This document shows, one piece after another, positions 9,096 to 19,960 of a stretch of DNA of 64,000 bases (the first letter of the stretch is position 1; every line of letters starts with the position of its first letter). The translations under genes were made by a program, and so were the position numbers. This DNA is from Verrucomicrobiota bacterium (GTDB lineage Bacteria; Verrucomicrobiota; Verrucomicrobiia; Limisphaerales; UBA11358), in assembly GCA_028872915.1 (NCBI GenBank), contig JAGWNY010000013.1, positions 3,550-67,549 of the forward strand, written 5' to 3'. The notes below the pieces were generated by a model that saw only the letters and a list, made by a program, of their open reading frames with translations, had not been told where the DNA came from and did not search any database.

Positions 9096-10187
9096 TCAGG
9101 CGGCCTTGCGCCGCATTGCCACCGCGTTAACCAAAATTTTTGTGGGCGAGTTCAGTTCCATTTTGCGGGCTTCCGCGAGGGTCACCCAGCGAAACTCGCG
9201 GCCTTCCTGGTTCAATTTCACGCGTGGATTTTTTTGGGCACAACGGCACGTGTAATTCAACAGCACAAAATGGACATCGCGATAAAATTCCTTTGAATGA
9301 ATGCAGTCCTGGACGAGCATGAAGCGGATATCAGCGATTTTCAGGGCTGTTTCTTCGAGAATCTCGCGCCGCAAGGCGTTTTCCGACGGTTCGCCCCACT
9401 TGATTTTGCCGCCGGGGATGCCCCACAGATCGGACCATTTGCGGGTGCGAATCATCAAGACCCGGCCACGGGGATCGAAGACCAGCGCGCCGACGGTGGC
9501 GATGGGGGCATGGGTTTGCTCGAATGCTTCCGGGGAAGTTCCCGCAACGGGCTTTAGATGGAGAGCGTTGAGTTCAAGTACCTGCCGCAACTCGCCCAGA
9601 TGTTCGACGATCAGGTCCGGGCGGGCGGCCCGCAATTGTTCGAGCGTATTGTAACCGGTGAGAACGGCGCAGGAATGAACGCCGCCGTGGCGCGCGGTTT
9701 CGATGTCGTGCTGCATGTCGCCGATGAAAAGCGTTTCGGCGGCGCGCAGACGATTGTCGCGGAGAACGTCATGGATTTTTTTTCGCTTGTCCCAAACGTC
9801 CGTATAGGATTTTTCGATAAAGCGATCAAAGCCGGTAACATGGCATTGGGCGGCGAAGTGTTTGCTGAAAATGGTGCTCAAGACGAAGAGGCGCAATTTC
9901 CGTTCCCGGCAAAATTCGAGGAACTGGCGCGCATGGGGTATCTCGCAGATGCTGTCGCAGGTTTGCCTAAAACCGGCATGAAACCATTTTTCCAACCGGG
10001 GCATGGGGATGCCGGGGGTATGACGGTTGTAAAAATCGGTGAAGGGGAGGCGAAACTCGGCGCGAAATTCGTCGAGGGACATTGGCGGCTTGCCGGCATG
10101 GGAAAGGACGACGTTGGATGCCTTCAAAACGGCGGGCAAATCATCCACGAGCGTTCCCGACCAGTCGAAAATGACATTACGGATCAC
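9096..10187 (-). CDS. HAD-hydrolase / NUDIX-hydrolase fusion protein
   Basis: 363 aa. The N-terminal HAD motif I is VIFDWSGTLVDD and motif IV is FIGDMQHD. The C-terminal Nudix box is GGKIKWGEPSENALRREILEETAL. Confidence 0.8.
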   Translation of the reverse strand: MIRNVIFDWSGTLVDDLPAVLKASNVVLSHAGKPPMSLDEFRAEFRLPFTDFYNRHTPGIPMPRLEKWFHAGFRQTCDSICEIPHARQFLEFCRERKLRLFVLSTIFSKHFAAQCHVTGFDRFIEKSYTDVWDKRKKIHDVLRDNRLRAAETLFIGDMQHDIETARHGGVHSCAVLTGYNTLEQLRAARPDLIVEHLGELRQVLELNALHLKPVAGTSPEAFEQTHAPIATVGALVFDPRGRVLMIRTRKWSDLWGIPGGKIKWGEPSENALRREILEETALKIADIRFMLVQDCIHSKEFYRDVHFVLLNYTCRCAQKNPRVKLNQEGREFRWVTLAEARKMELNSPTKILVNAVAMRRKAA

Positions 10188-10302
10188 GCCGTACTGTAAC
10201 CGCGGAAAAAACGGCGCGCCAGAATTTCCGGCTCAACGCGCAACGTTCGACTCCCTCAATCAGGGCCATGCAGTTGGCTCGGTTGGCCCCTATAGCTTGG
10301 GG

Positions 10303-11910
10303 TCATTGAGAGGGCAATTTGTGGCCGGGGACGGAACAAGCGGGGGGCTGGCCAATGGGGTTCATGGTATAAGTGCCGCCGGAAGGGCAGACCGGCCAGC
10401 GCCGGCCGCTCAAGTATGGAAGCAGGTCTTCCCTGGTCGGCACGGCGCCGGTGGTTTTCCTGTTTTCCAAGGCCCATTCGTTTTTGGCGCCGTCAATCAT
10501 GCGCAGATTGTTGATGCAGGCGTTGCGTTGCGCCGCCTCGCGCGCCTTCACAAAATTCGGAACGGCAATGGCCGCCAGCAGTCCGCCCACGGCTACTCCG
10601 GGCATCAAGGCGACGGCGGCGTAACTTTGGCTGCTGTTGCCCGTGGTCACCAAACCTTCCGGACCGTTCACACTCACGGAATAGGCAAAGGCCGGACGGG
10701 ATTGGAAGAGAGATTGCAACCATTGCGCCCGCGCGGGCTGATTTTGACCGCCGGCAGCCATTATTTGTTTCTGGACCCGCAACACAGTCTCGCCGAAGCG
10801 GCGGCTGACGAATCCAAATTGATTTCCCTCGGTTGGAATGCCCCGCGAAAGGTGTTTGAATTCGGCAGTGGCCGTCAAGCCGGGTTTCTGTCCGCCCTTG
10901 ACAGCCAGGGCATCCTCGATCAGAGAATCGGACGAAGCGATAAAAAGATAGCCGCCGCTGCTGGCGGCGCTGGGGCGCAATTGAATGGGAAGCGGCAGGG
11001 GAACGGGCATGGTGCGCATCTTAAAACCGGAATTGTCCACGGCCACAACCCGCGGATTCTTTTTCAATTCAACGTCTATCCGGTTGAAAATGGTGTCGTC
11101 ATTGACTTTGAGAACGACCATGAGCGCCGGCGCGGGAATCTGCAAGCCCGCCGCGCGCGGCACCGGCACCGGCACGTTGTTCGACGGATCGAGCGTCAGG
11201 ACCAGGCCGAATTCGCCACCAAGCGACTTGAGAAACTGGTCCCAATTGACTTCCGTCCTTTTCTGAAATTCATCCGGTATTTTTTGCAGCCATTCCCGCG
11301 CCTTGGGGATGTTGGAAGCATTCACTTCCTTTTGGAGAACCGACCAGAGCAGCGGCACATTGGCATCCGAGAAAACCGCGAACGCGGTATCGTCGGGCAA
11401 CAAGTTCAGGCCGCTGAGCGGGTGGGCTTGTGAGCCGCCCAATTGCCACAGAAATCCCGCGCCTTTTCCGGAATAATGATGCAACACGGCCTTGTTCCGA
11501 TACAGTCCCGGCTCAATCTCAATTGAACTCAAACCCACGCCGGTCACGTCCTCAATGCCACTGTCTTTGATGACCCTCGAGAGCGTGTCAAATGCCTTGT
11601 TGATGTCCGCTTCCTGCTCCGGCTTGAGGGCGGGCATGGACTCGAACGTCTGGCGCCAGCGCTCGGTCTTGCCTGAAAGATTTTCCAGCCACTGCGCCGT
11701 GCCCAGATACATGTAAAAGTTCCCGCCCGGATCGAGTTGGGACGTCACTTCGTTGAAGCTGGTTTTTTCCGCCGAAACAATGGGCGCATTTTGTGCGGCG
11801 GTTGCGGGGTTATAGGCGCCGGAGGGCGCCTCACCTTTTTTGCAGCCGTTGCCCACGGTAACAAGCAGGGCCAGGAGAAAGACGGGTTGGAGATGGAATA
11901 TCTTTTTCAT
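10303..11910 (-). CDS. Lipoprotein-like exported protein (DUF3352-like body) with C-terminal pilin/pseudopilin-like module
   Basis: 535 aa. Signal plus Cys (MKKIFHLQPVFLLALLVTVGNGC). The last ~95 aa read VALMPGVAVGGLLAAIAVPNFVKAREAAQRNACINNLRMIDGAKNEWALE...CPSGGTYT...ACS. That is a type-IV-pilin-like helix and small globular domain, but without the G/FTLIE prepilin cleavage motif. Confidence 0.75.
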   Translation of the reverse strand: MKKIFHLQPVFLLALLVTVGNGCKKGEAPSGAYNPATAAQNAPIVSAEKTSFNEVTSQLDPGGNFYMYLGTAQWLENLSGKTERWRQTFESMPALKPEQEADINKAFDTLSRVIKDSGIEDVTGVGLSSIEIEPGLYRNKAVLHHYSGKGAGFLWQLGGSQAHPLSGLNLLPDDTAFAVFSDANVPLLWSVLQKEVNASNIPKAREWLQKIPDEFQKRTEVNWDQFLKSLGGEFGLVLTLDPSNNVPVPVPRAAGLQIPAPALMVVLKVNDDTIFNRIDVELKKNPRVVAVDNSGFKMRTMPVPLPLPIQLRPSAASSGGYLFIASSDSLIEDALAVKGGQKPGLTATAEFKHLSRGIPTEGNQFGFVSRRFGETVLRVQKQIMAAGGQNQPARAQWLQSLFQSRPAFAYSVSVNGPEGLVTTGNSSQSYAAVALMPGVAVGGLLAAIAVPNFVKAREAAQRNACINNLRMIDGAKNEWALENRKTTGAVPTREDLLPYLSGRRWPVCPSGGTYTMNPIGQPPACSVPGHKLPSQ

Positions 11911-12107
11911 GGATAAGGATTTATGTTTGATTAGAAATCGCTCTGACGCCTCATGAAAGCAGTTTTCTAAAAGGAATCAAAGAGAAAAATAAGGCGTAAT
12001 AAGGCGTCAACGGCAGTGGGCCGGTCCTTGCACAAAAAAATCACGCAACCACTTTCCTTCCGCCTTCGCTGAAGCTACGGCGGGCAGGCCCAACTGCATG
12101 GTCCCGG

Positions 12108-13655
12108 TCAAATGCCTTGGACATCAATTCCGAATTTTTGCAGGGTTGTGCCCTCCTGCTGCGCCAGGGCGGCAAGAGCTTCGTTGTAGTCGGCAAGGGC
12201 GCGGATTTCGTTGGAGCGGGCGGCGGTGAGGAGATTTTGGTATTGCAGCACGGTGAAGGTGGTGGTTTTGCCCACGGCATACTGTTCCTGCTCGGCTTCG
12301 AGGGCGGCTTCGGCATAGATGCGGGCCTGGCGCGTGGCCTCCACGCTCTGATATTTGGACTGGGCGTCCTTGACGGCGTTGTCAATCTCGACCAGAACGT
12401 TCTGTTCAAGTTGTTTGAACTGGAGCAGGACCTGGCGCAAGGTGGCCTTGGTGGAACGGAATTGGGTGCGCGGGCCGTAATCGCCCAGGGGCATGGAGAG
12501 TTGCGCGCCGTAGGTGTAAAACGGCTGGTTGCCTTCGTTCAACTGGCCGAAGGTGTCCCTGAATTGCTCGCCCCCGCCCGCATTGAAGCCGTAGGTGCCA
12601 AACAAATCCAGTTCGGGAAAGAGTTGGTTCCGATAATACCTCAATTCAATGCCTTGTTCCTGAAGATTGAGGCGCGCTTGAATCAGGTCGGGCCGCTCGT
12701 CCATTCCCGCAGCCCAGCTATTTTGCAAATTGAAAGACACTAGCGGCGCGGCCAGCGGTTCGGAAGGCTGAATGTCAACGTCGTGCCATTTGGTGTAATT
12801 GTCGGTGATGAGATTTTTGAGGGTGTTTTGGTCGAGCAGGAGCGTGTCCTGGGCAGCGATGAGGTTCGCCTGGCTTTGGGCGACTTGCGATTCGTCCTGG
12901 CGCAGGTTGAGAGGCGGCAAGGTGCCGATTTGCGCGCGTTGCCGATCCTGGGACAATTGGGTTTGGGCCAGTTGCAGCGCCTGCTGTTGCACCTCCAGAT
13001 TGCCCTGGGCGTAGATGAGTTCGTAGTAAGCGTTGGCCACGGCGGTGACGGTGGTAATGAGTTGCAGCCGCAGGCCTTGTTTGGAGTATTTGAGACGGTT
13101 CCCCGCCACCCGGATTGCCAGGCGGGTGCCGTCTATCCAGAAGTTCTTGAGGATGGGCTGGGTCATGGTCACCGAAATGGAGCCGGCTGAGTTTCGGAAG
13201 GGCGACCCGGTGATGAAACCATTGGTATCCGTGCTGTATTTTGTTCCGTAGGTGTCCGAAACGTTTCCGCTGAAGTCATATTGGAGACCCCAGGGCAGCA
13301 CGCCTTTGATGCCTGAACTAAATTGATTTTCGTCGGAGGTACTCGAAGGAATCTGAATTTCATTTGCGGTGAGGCTTGCGGGCGAAACGGTGTTATTGTG
13401 CTGGCCGGAGATGTTGAAGGCGGGTTCCCAACCGGCGTAGGCCGTTTCCAGGGCGAAGAGCGCAATTTGGGGATTAATCCGCTGGACTTGCACGTCAAAA
13501 TTTTGCGAGAGGGCCAGGCGGAGGCAATTTTGCAGCGTCATCGGACGCGTGGCGGCGGCAGCGGCGGCAGTTTGATTGGTCTGGGCAATCGCGCCAAGGG
13601 CGGAGAATAAAATGATGAAAGCAACGCACTTCATGATGGCTCTGTATTTTGTCAT
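12108..13655 (-). CDS. TolC-family outer-membrane efflux protein
   Basis: Signal peptide MTKYRAIMKCVAFIILFSALGAIAQ. Two OEP-type repeats rich in Q/L/A coiled segments (TLQNCLRLALSQNFDVQ..., LQQALQLAQTQLSQDRQRAQIG). Start taken at 13655; an alternative ATG is at 13634. Confidence 0.85.
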   Translation of the reverse strand: MTKYRAIMKCVAFIILFSALGAIAQTNQTAAAAAATRPMTLQNCLRLALSQNFDVQVQRINPQIALFALETAYAGWEPAFNISGQHNNTVSPASLTANEIQIPSSTSDENQFSSGIKGVLPWGLQYDFSGNVSDTYGTKYSTDTNGFITGSPFRNSAGSISVTMTQPILKNFWIDGTRLAIRVAGNRLKYSKQGLRLQLITTVTAVANAYYELIYAQGNLEVQQQALQLAQTQLSQDRQRAQIGTLPPLNLRQDESQVAQSQANLIAAQDTLLLDQNTLKNLITDNYTKWHDVDIQPSEPLAAPLVSFNLQNSWAAGMDERPDLIQARLNLQEQGIELRYYRNQLFPELDLFGTYGFNAGGGEQFRDTFGQLNEGNQPFYTYGAQLSMPLGDYGPRTQFRSTKATLRQVLLQFKQLEQNVLVEIDNAVKDAQSKYQSVEATRQARIYAEAALEAEQEQYAVGKTTTFTVLQYQNLLTAARSNEIRALADYNEALAALAQQEGTTLQKFGIDVQGI

Positions 13656-13740
13656 TCGCAAACCTGTCCCCTTCCAGACGCACGAAACAGCGGCAAGGTA
13701 ACCAATCCATTGACTCCCACTACTCAAATTAAACGGGCGG

Positions 13741-15051
13741 CTACGCGGCGGCGGAGACTTCCTCGATCTTCGCGTGTTGTTCGAGAAACGCGAGCACCTT
13801 TTCATGGGCTACCTGGTCGTAAAGCTCATGGACCCCGTTGCGCTTTTGCACGTCTTTGATGAATTTCTCGAATGGAATCTCGTAAATTGCGGCCAATGCC
13901 TGCGCGCGCCGAAGCACTTCCTCTTCCGTCACGGCGATTTTTTCCTGTTGGGCGATGCGCTGGACCAGAAAGGCCAGTTTCACCCGATCCTTGGCGTTGC
14001 TCGCCGCCGCCGCATAGATTTCATCCGTCTGTTTTTCGATCATTTCGCGCGTGATGCCCCGCTTGAAATTCTCGCGCACGATGTCATGCACCACGTTCTT
14101 GGTCTCCTGGGCGACTGGCGATTCGGGCAGGTCAAAATTGACGCACCCCAGCAAACCGCGAATGATCTGCCCGCGCAATGCCTTGCTCTGTGAATACTTC
14201 AATTCGTTTTCCAGGTCCACGCGCACGCCAGCTTGAAGGTTTTCAAGGCTTTCGGCCCCGTATTTTTTGGCAAATTCATCGTCAATGGCAGGCGGCCGCC
14301 GCTCCTTGACCTCCAGAATTTCCACTTCGAAGACGCCCTTTTTGCCCGCCAATTCCTTGGTCACGAAATCCGATGGAAAATCCACCGTTACCGTCCGTTT
14401 TTCGCCGGCTTTGGCGCCGGTCATCTGGTCTGCAAAGCCTGGAATGAACGCTTCCGGTTCAATGTCCAGCCAGAAATTCTTTTTTTCGGTAAGGCCGCGC
14501 GCCGTGGGAGCGGTTTCGGTGATGGGTTTGCCGTCGCAACTGCCCGTGTAATTAACCACCGCGATGTCGCCGATCTTCAATTCGCGCGCCACGGTTTCAT
14601 ATTTGACGTGTTGGGCCGCCAGCAGGTTGATCGCGCGCGCCACGTCGGCCTCCGTCACGGATTTGATCTCGCGGGTGGCGGGCAGGCCCTTGTATTCGGG
14701 CAGTTGAAATTCGGGCACCGTTTCCACGGTGGCTGCGAACAGCAGGCTCTTGCCGCGGCCAAATTGGATTTCCTCGATGTCCGGGTGGCCGACCACGTTC
14801 AACTTCTGTTCCTCGATGGCCTTGCGGTAATGATTGCCGATAAGCTTGCGTTTGGCTTCATCGGTGATTTCAGCGTCATATTTCTTAACGATCAGGTTGC
14901 GCGGCGCCTTGCCAGGGCGAAAGCCGGGCAGCGCTGCCAGTTTTTGGAAATCCCGGGAGACGGTTTCAAAAGCGTCGTCCACGGCTGTGGCGTCCACTTC
15001 CACCCGCACCAGTTTTTTGCAGGGCGCCAGATTTTCAACGGAGATGTTCAC
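13741..15051 (-). CDS. tig: Trigger factor
   Basis: (M)NISVENLAPCKKLVRVEVDA... matches the trigger-factor N-terminus, followed by FKBP-type PPIase and C-terminal domains. I prefer GTG at 15051 by homology; an alternative ATG is at 15069. The ORF-track start at 15168 is probably too long. Confidence 0.9.
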   Translation of the reverse strand: MNISVENLAPCKKLVRVEVDATAVDDAFETVSRDFQKLAALPGFRPGKAPRNLIVKKYDAEITDEAKRKLIGNHYRKAIEEQKLNVVGHPDIEEIQFGRGKSLLFAATVETVPEFQLPEYKGLPATREIKSVTEADVARAINLLAAQHVKYETVARELKIGDIAVVNYTGSCDGKPITETAPTARGLTEKKNFWLDIEPEAFIPGFADQMTGAKAGEKRTVTVDFPSDFVTKELAGKKGVFEVEILEVKERRPPAIDDEFAKKYGAESLENLQAGVRVDLENELKYSQSKALRGQIIRGLLGCVNFDLPESPVAQETKNVVHDIVRENFKRGITREMIEKQTDEIYAAAASNAKDRVKLAFLVQRIAQQEKIAVTEEEVLRRAQALAAIYEIPFEKFIKDVQKRNGVHELYDQVAHEKVLAFLEQHAKIEEVSAAA

Positions 15052-15254
15052 GATATGTAAAAGCCACATAGCATAAATGAAGAGAGCCAAAACCGTCAAA
15101 CCAATTGCGGATGCCTTTTGCCCAAAGAAAATCTCCAGATCGCGCGGCTTGACCTTTTCCGGCAACAAGGCACATTGTCCGGCTCGGTTTTTGGAGTTTT
15201 ATCCCGGCATGGCGGAAAACAGCCCGGACGGCCAAAGATTGGACATTTTTAATC

Positions 15255-17090
<1,836 letters not shown>

Positions 17091-17138
17091 CCCAAAATAT
17101 CTCGCGCGGCCCCTCATTTGCCGCTTTACTTCCCGCGC

Positions 17139-18203
17139 ATGAAACAAAAGGCCTATGCCGCCGCCGGTGTGGATATTGACCTGGGCAACCGCCTCAAGGC
17201 AACTCTCCCGCGGCTGCTGGCTTCCACGCGCCGCCCCGGCGTGCTCGGAAAAGTGGGCGGATTTGGCGGATTATTCGCGCTGGACCTTAAAAAATACCGC
17301 CAGCCGGTGCTGGTTTCATCCGTTGACGGCGTGGGCACCAAGCTCAAAATTGCGTTTGCGATGGACCGGCATGACACCATCGGCGCCGACCTCGTCAACC
17401 ATTGCGTCAACGATATCGCCGTGCTGGGGGCCGAGCCGCTTTTTTTTCTCGATTACCTGGGCGCAGGAAAAATGGAACCGCGCGTCTTCAAGGAAATCAT
17501 CCGGGGCTTCGCCCGCGCCTGCGCGCAAAATCGCTGCGCCCTCATTGGCGGCGAGACGGCACAGATGCAGGGCTTTTATCAAGCGAGCGAATATGACGTG
17601 GCCGGCACGATTGTGGGCGTGGTCGAAAAATCGGAAATGCTCAACGGACCCAGGACCGTCCGCCGCGGCGACGTCATCATCGGCATCGCCTCGAGCGGCC
17701 TGCACACCAACGGCTACTCGCTGGCCCGGAAAATTTTCTTTAAAGACCTGGGCCTTACGCCCGCCAGCCGGCTAACCGGATTAAAGGGAACGATTGGCGA
17801 TGAATTGCTCAAGGTCCACGTGAGCTATGGGCCGTTGATTCGGAAATTGCTCAAGCGATTCAATGCCCGCGCCCGGACGGCCGGCGCACGATTCATCAAG
17901 GCGTTCGCGCACGTTACCGGCGGCGGATTTGTGGACAATATACCGCGTGTGCTGCCGCAAAATTGCGGCGTCATCATTCGAACAGGGTCCTGGACCGTGC
18001 CGCCCATTTTTCAACTGATCCAACAAAAAAGCTCCACGCCGCCGGATGAGCTGTATCAGGTATTCAACATGGGCATCGGGATGATCGCCATCGTGCGCCC
18101 CGACAAGGCCGACGCCATCTTGAAATTCGTTCGCGCCCAAAAACATTGGGCATGGATTATCGGTGAAGTCGTGCGAGGAACCGGCCGCGTGCAGTTGGCT
18201 TGA
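17139..18203 (+). CDS. purM: Phosphoribosylformylglycinamidine cyclo-ligase (AIR synthetase)
   Basis: MKQKAYAAAGVDIDLGN..., SVDGVGTKL, DLVNHCVNDI, GGETAQMQG. I prefer the ATG at 17139 over the TTG at 17118. Confidence 0.95.
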   Translation: MKQKAYAAAGVDIDLGNRLKATLPRLLASTRRPGVLGKVGGFGGLFALDLKKYRQPVLVSSVDGVGTKLKIAFAMDRHDTIGADLVNHCVNDIAVLGAEPLFFLDYLGAGKMEPRVFKEIIRGFARACAQNRCALIGGETAQMQGFYQASEYDVAGTIVGVVEKSEMLNGPRTVRRGDVIIGIASSGLHTNGYSLARKIFFKDLGLTPASRLTGLKGTIGDELLKVHVSYGPLIRKLLKRFNARARTAGARFIKAFAHVTGGGFVDNIPRVLPQNCGVIIRTGSWTVPPIFQLIQQKSSTPPDELYQVFNMGIGMIAIVRPDKADAILKFVRAQKHWAWIIGEVVRGTGRVQLA

Positions 18204-18271
18204 ACCGCCGGCCGCGGAACCATCCGTATTTAGCATTTCCCATGATCCGACTTCGTCTTTACACTGCAGTT

Positions 18272-19105
18272 ATGTTTGAGAACACGATTCGCCGCACGCC
18301 GCGGCCGCAGGACGTCGCGCGCATGACGACGCAGGAATTGCGCGAAACGTTTCTCATCCATGACCTCTTCAAGCCGGGCGAATTGCGCGCGAATTTTACA
18401 GATTTGGACCGGCTCGTGGTCGGCGGCGTCATGCCCTCCAAGCCGATTGAACTGCCCAACCACCGGGAAACCGGCCGCGCCTTTTTTTTGGAACGGCGGG
18501 AACTGGGCGCCATCAACGTGGGCGGGGCAGGCTCGGTGCATGTGGACGGAAAAATGTTCGCCCTAGAGCGGCTCGATTGCGTCTATGCGCCGATGGGCGC
18601 CAAATCGGTTGTGTTTGAAAGCCAGGACCCCAGGCAGCCGGCCAGATTTTACTTTCTCAGTTGTCCGGCGCATGGCGCGCATCCCGCCGCCATGATGAAA
18701 CAAAAGGACGCCTCGCCGGTGGCCTTGGGCAGCGGCGCCGCGGCGAACAAACGCACCATTTACAAGTTTATTCATCAAGGCGGCATTCAAAGCTGCCAGT
18801 TGGTCATGGGTTTTACCGCGTTGGAAGAAGGCAGCGTGTGGAATTCGTTTCCGCCGCACGTCCATTGGCGGCGCACCGAAATCTATTTTTATTTCGATCT
18901 CGGAGATAACGTCCTGGCGCATTTCATGGGCGAGCCGGAGGCCACGCGTCATCTGTTCATGCATAATGAAGACGCCGTGCTTTCCCCCAACTGGTCCATT
19001 CACTGCGGCTGCGGCTCCGGCAACTATAAATTCATCTGGGGCATGGCGGGCGAAAACCAGGTCTTCGACGACATGGACGGCGTCAAACCGCTGGACTTGC
19101 GGTAG
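18272..19105 (+). CDS. kduI: 5-dehydro-4-deoxy-D-glucuronate isomerase
   Basis: 277 aa from the ATG at 18272. KduI-like along its full length (MTTQELRETFLI..LF, cupin core GFTALEEGSVWNSFPPHVH, ENQVFDDMD). Confidence 0.9.
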   Translation: MFENTIRRTPRPQDVARMTTQELRETFLIHDLFKPGELRANFTDLDRLVVGGVMPSKPIELPNHRETGRAFFLERRELGAINVGGAGSVHVDGKMFALERLDCVYAPMGAKSVVFESQDPRQPARFYFLSCPAHGAHPAAMMKQKDASPVALGSGAAANKRTIYKFIHQGGIQSCQLVMGFTALEEGSVWNSFPPHVHWRRTEIYFYFDLGDNVLAHFMGEPEATRHLFMHNEDAVLSPNWSIHCGCGSGNYKFIWGMAGENQVFDDMDGVKPLDLR

Positions 19106-19122
19106 CCGGCGGCCGGGAAGAG

Positions 19123-19899
19123 ATGAAACGTTTTGAAAACAAGGTTGTTGTCGTCACGGGCGCGAGCCGGGGCATCGGACAGGCCATCTGCGCCGCCTTT
19201 GGCGGGCAGGGCGCCACAGTCGTGGGCATCGCCCGAAGCGAGCTGGCCGGGACGGCCTCCCAGGTTACGACGGCAGGCGGCCGCTTTATTCCCTGCAACG
19301 CGGATTTTGGCCGGGGCGGCCAAAGCCAGGCGGCGAACACCGTAAAGGATATTTTAAAGCAAGCCGGGCGCGTGGACGCCCTCATCAATAATGCCGGAAT
19401 CATCCGGCGCGCCCCGGCCGTGGATTTTCCGGAGGCCGATTGGGATGAGGTCCTGCGCGTGAATCTGTCCGCTCCGTTTTTTTTATCGCAGGCCGTGGCC
19501 AAATGGTGGCTGGCCGAAGGCCGTGCCGGTTTCGCTCCAAACGCGCGGTTGAAAATTGTCAACATTGCATCCCTGCTCTCGTTCCAGGGCGGCATACTGG
19601 TTCCGGCCTACACTGCGGCCAAGAGCGGGTTGGCCGGCCTCACCAAGGCCCTGGCAAATGAATGGGCCGGGGAACGCATCAACGTCAATGCGATTGCTCC
19701 CGGGTATATTTCCACTGAGAACACCCGCCCCCTGCGCGAAGACCCAAAACGCAACCAGGCTATTCTGGACCGGATTCCGGAAGGGCGCTGGGGCTGGCCG
19801 GAAGACATCGCGGGGGGGTGCATGTTTTTGGCGTCCGCCGACGCCGACTACGTCAACGGCGCCATCATCGTCATTGACGGCGGCTGGCTCGGCCGTTGA
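19123..19899 (+). CDS. kduD: 2-dehydro-3-deoxy-D-gluconate 5-dehydrogenase (SDR)
   Basis: 258 aa. TGASRGIG, NNAG, the YTAAK catalytic motif, and a C-terminus INVNAIAPGYISTENT...ILDRIPEGRWG...DYVNGAIIVIDGGWLGR typical of KduD. Adjacent to kduI. Confidence 0.85.
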   Translation: MKRFENKVVVVTGASRGIGQAICAAFGGQGATVVGIARSELAGTASQVTTAGGRFIPCNADFGRGGQSQAANTVKDILKQAGRVDALINNAGIIRRAPAVDFPEADWDEVLRVNLSAPFFLSQAVAKWWLAEGRAGFAPNARLKIVNIASLLSFQGGILVPAYTAAKSGLAGLTKALANEWAGERINVNAIAPGYISTENTRPLREDPKRNQAILDRIPEGRWGWPEDIAGGCMFLASADADYVNGAIIVIDGGWLGR

Positions 19900-19960
19900 C
19901 AACATTGGGTGCGCCATTTGTCCATTGACCGGCGCAGGCCGCTTTGTCAGGCTCGGTTCC

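Noticed and set aside
10039-11433. 464-aa plus-strand ORF overlapping the HAD-Nudix gene start and the DUF3352/pilin-like gene
   Set aside because: The product is Gly/Arg/Ala-rich and featureless. The minus-strand ORF has a signal peptide and a recognisable pilin-like module.
12050-12090. Hairpin-like ccgcc...ggcgg element downstream of the TolC-like gene (translates as '..SFSEGG..'), considered as a terminator or REP element
   Set aside because: The stem is only 5 bp with a 14-nt loop, and the T-run is ~20 nt away, so it is too weak to call. It may belong to a dispersed element family, but a single copy in the window cannot show that.
19556-19960. N-terminal extension of the ilvN ORF
   Set aside because: It overlaps the 3' half of kduD in another frame and is Pro/Arg/Ala-rich. 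Homology to ALS small subunits begins at MRHTISILVEN (19961).
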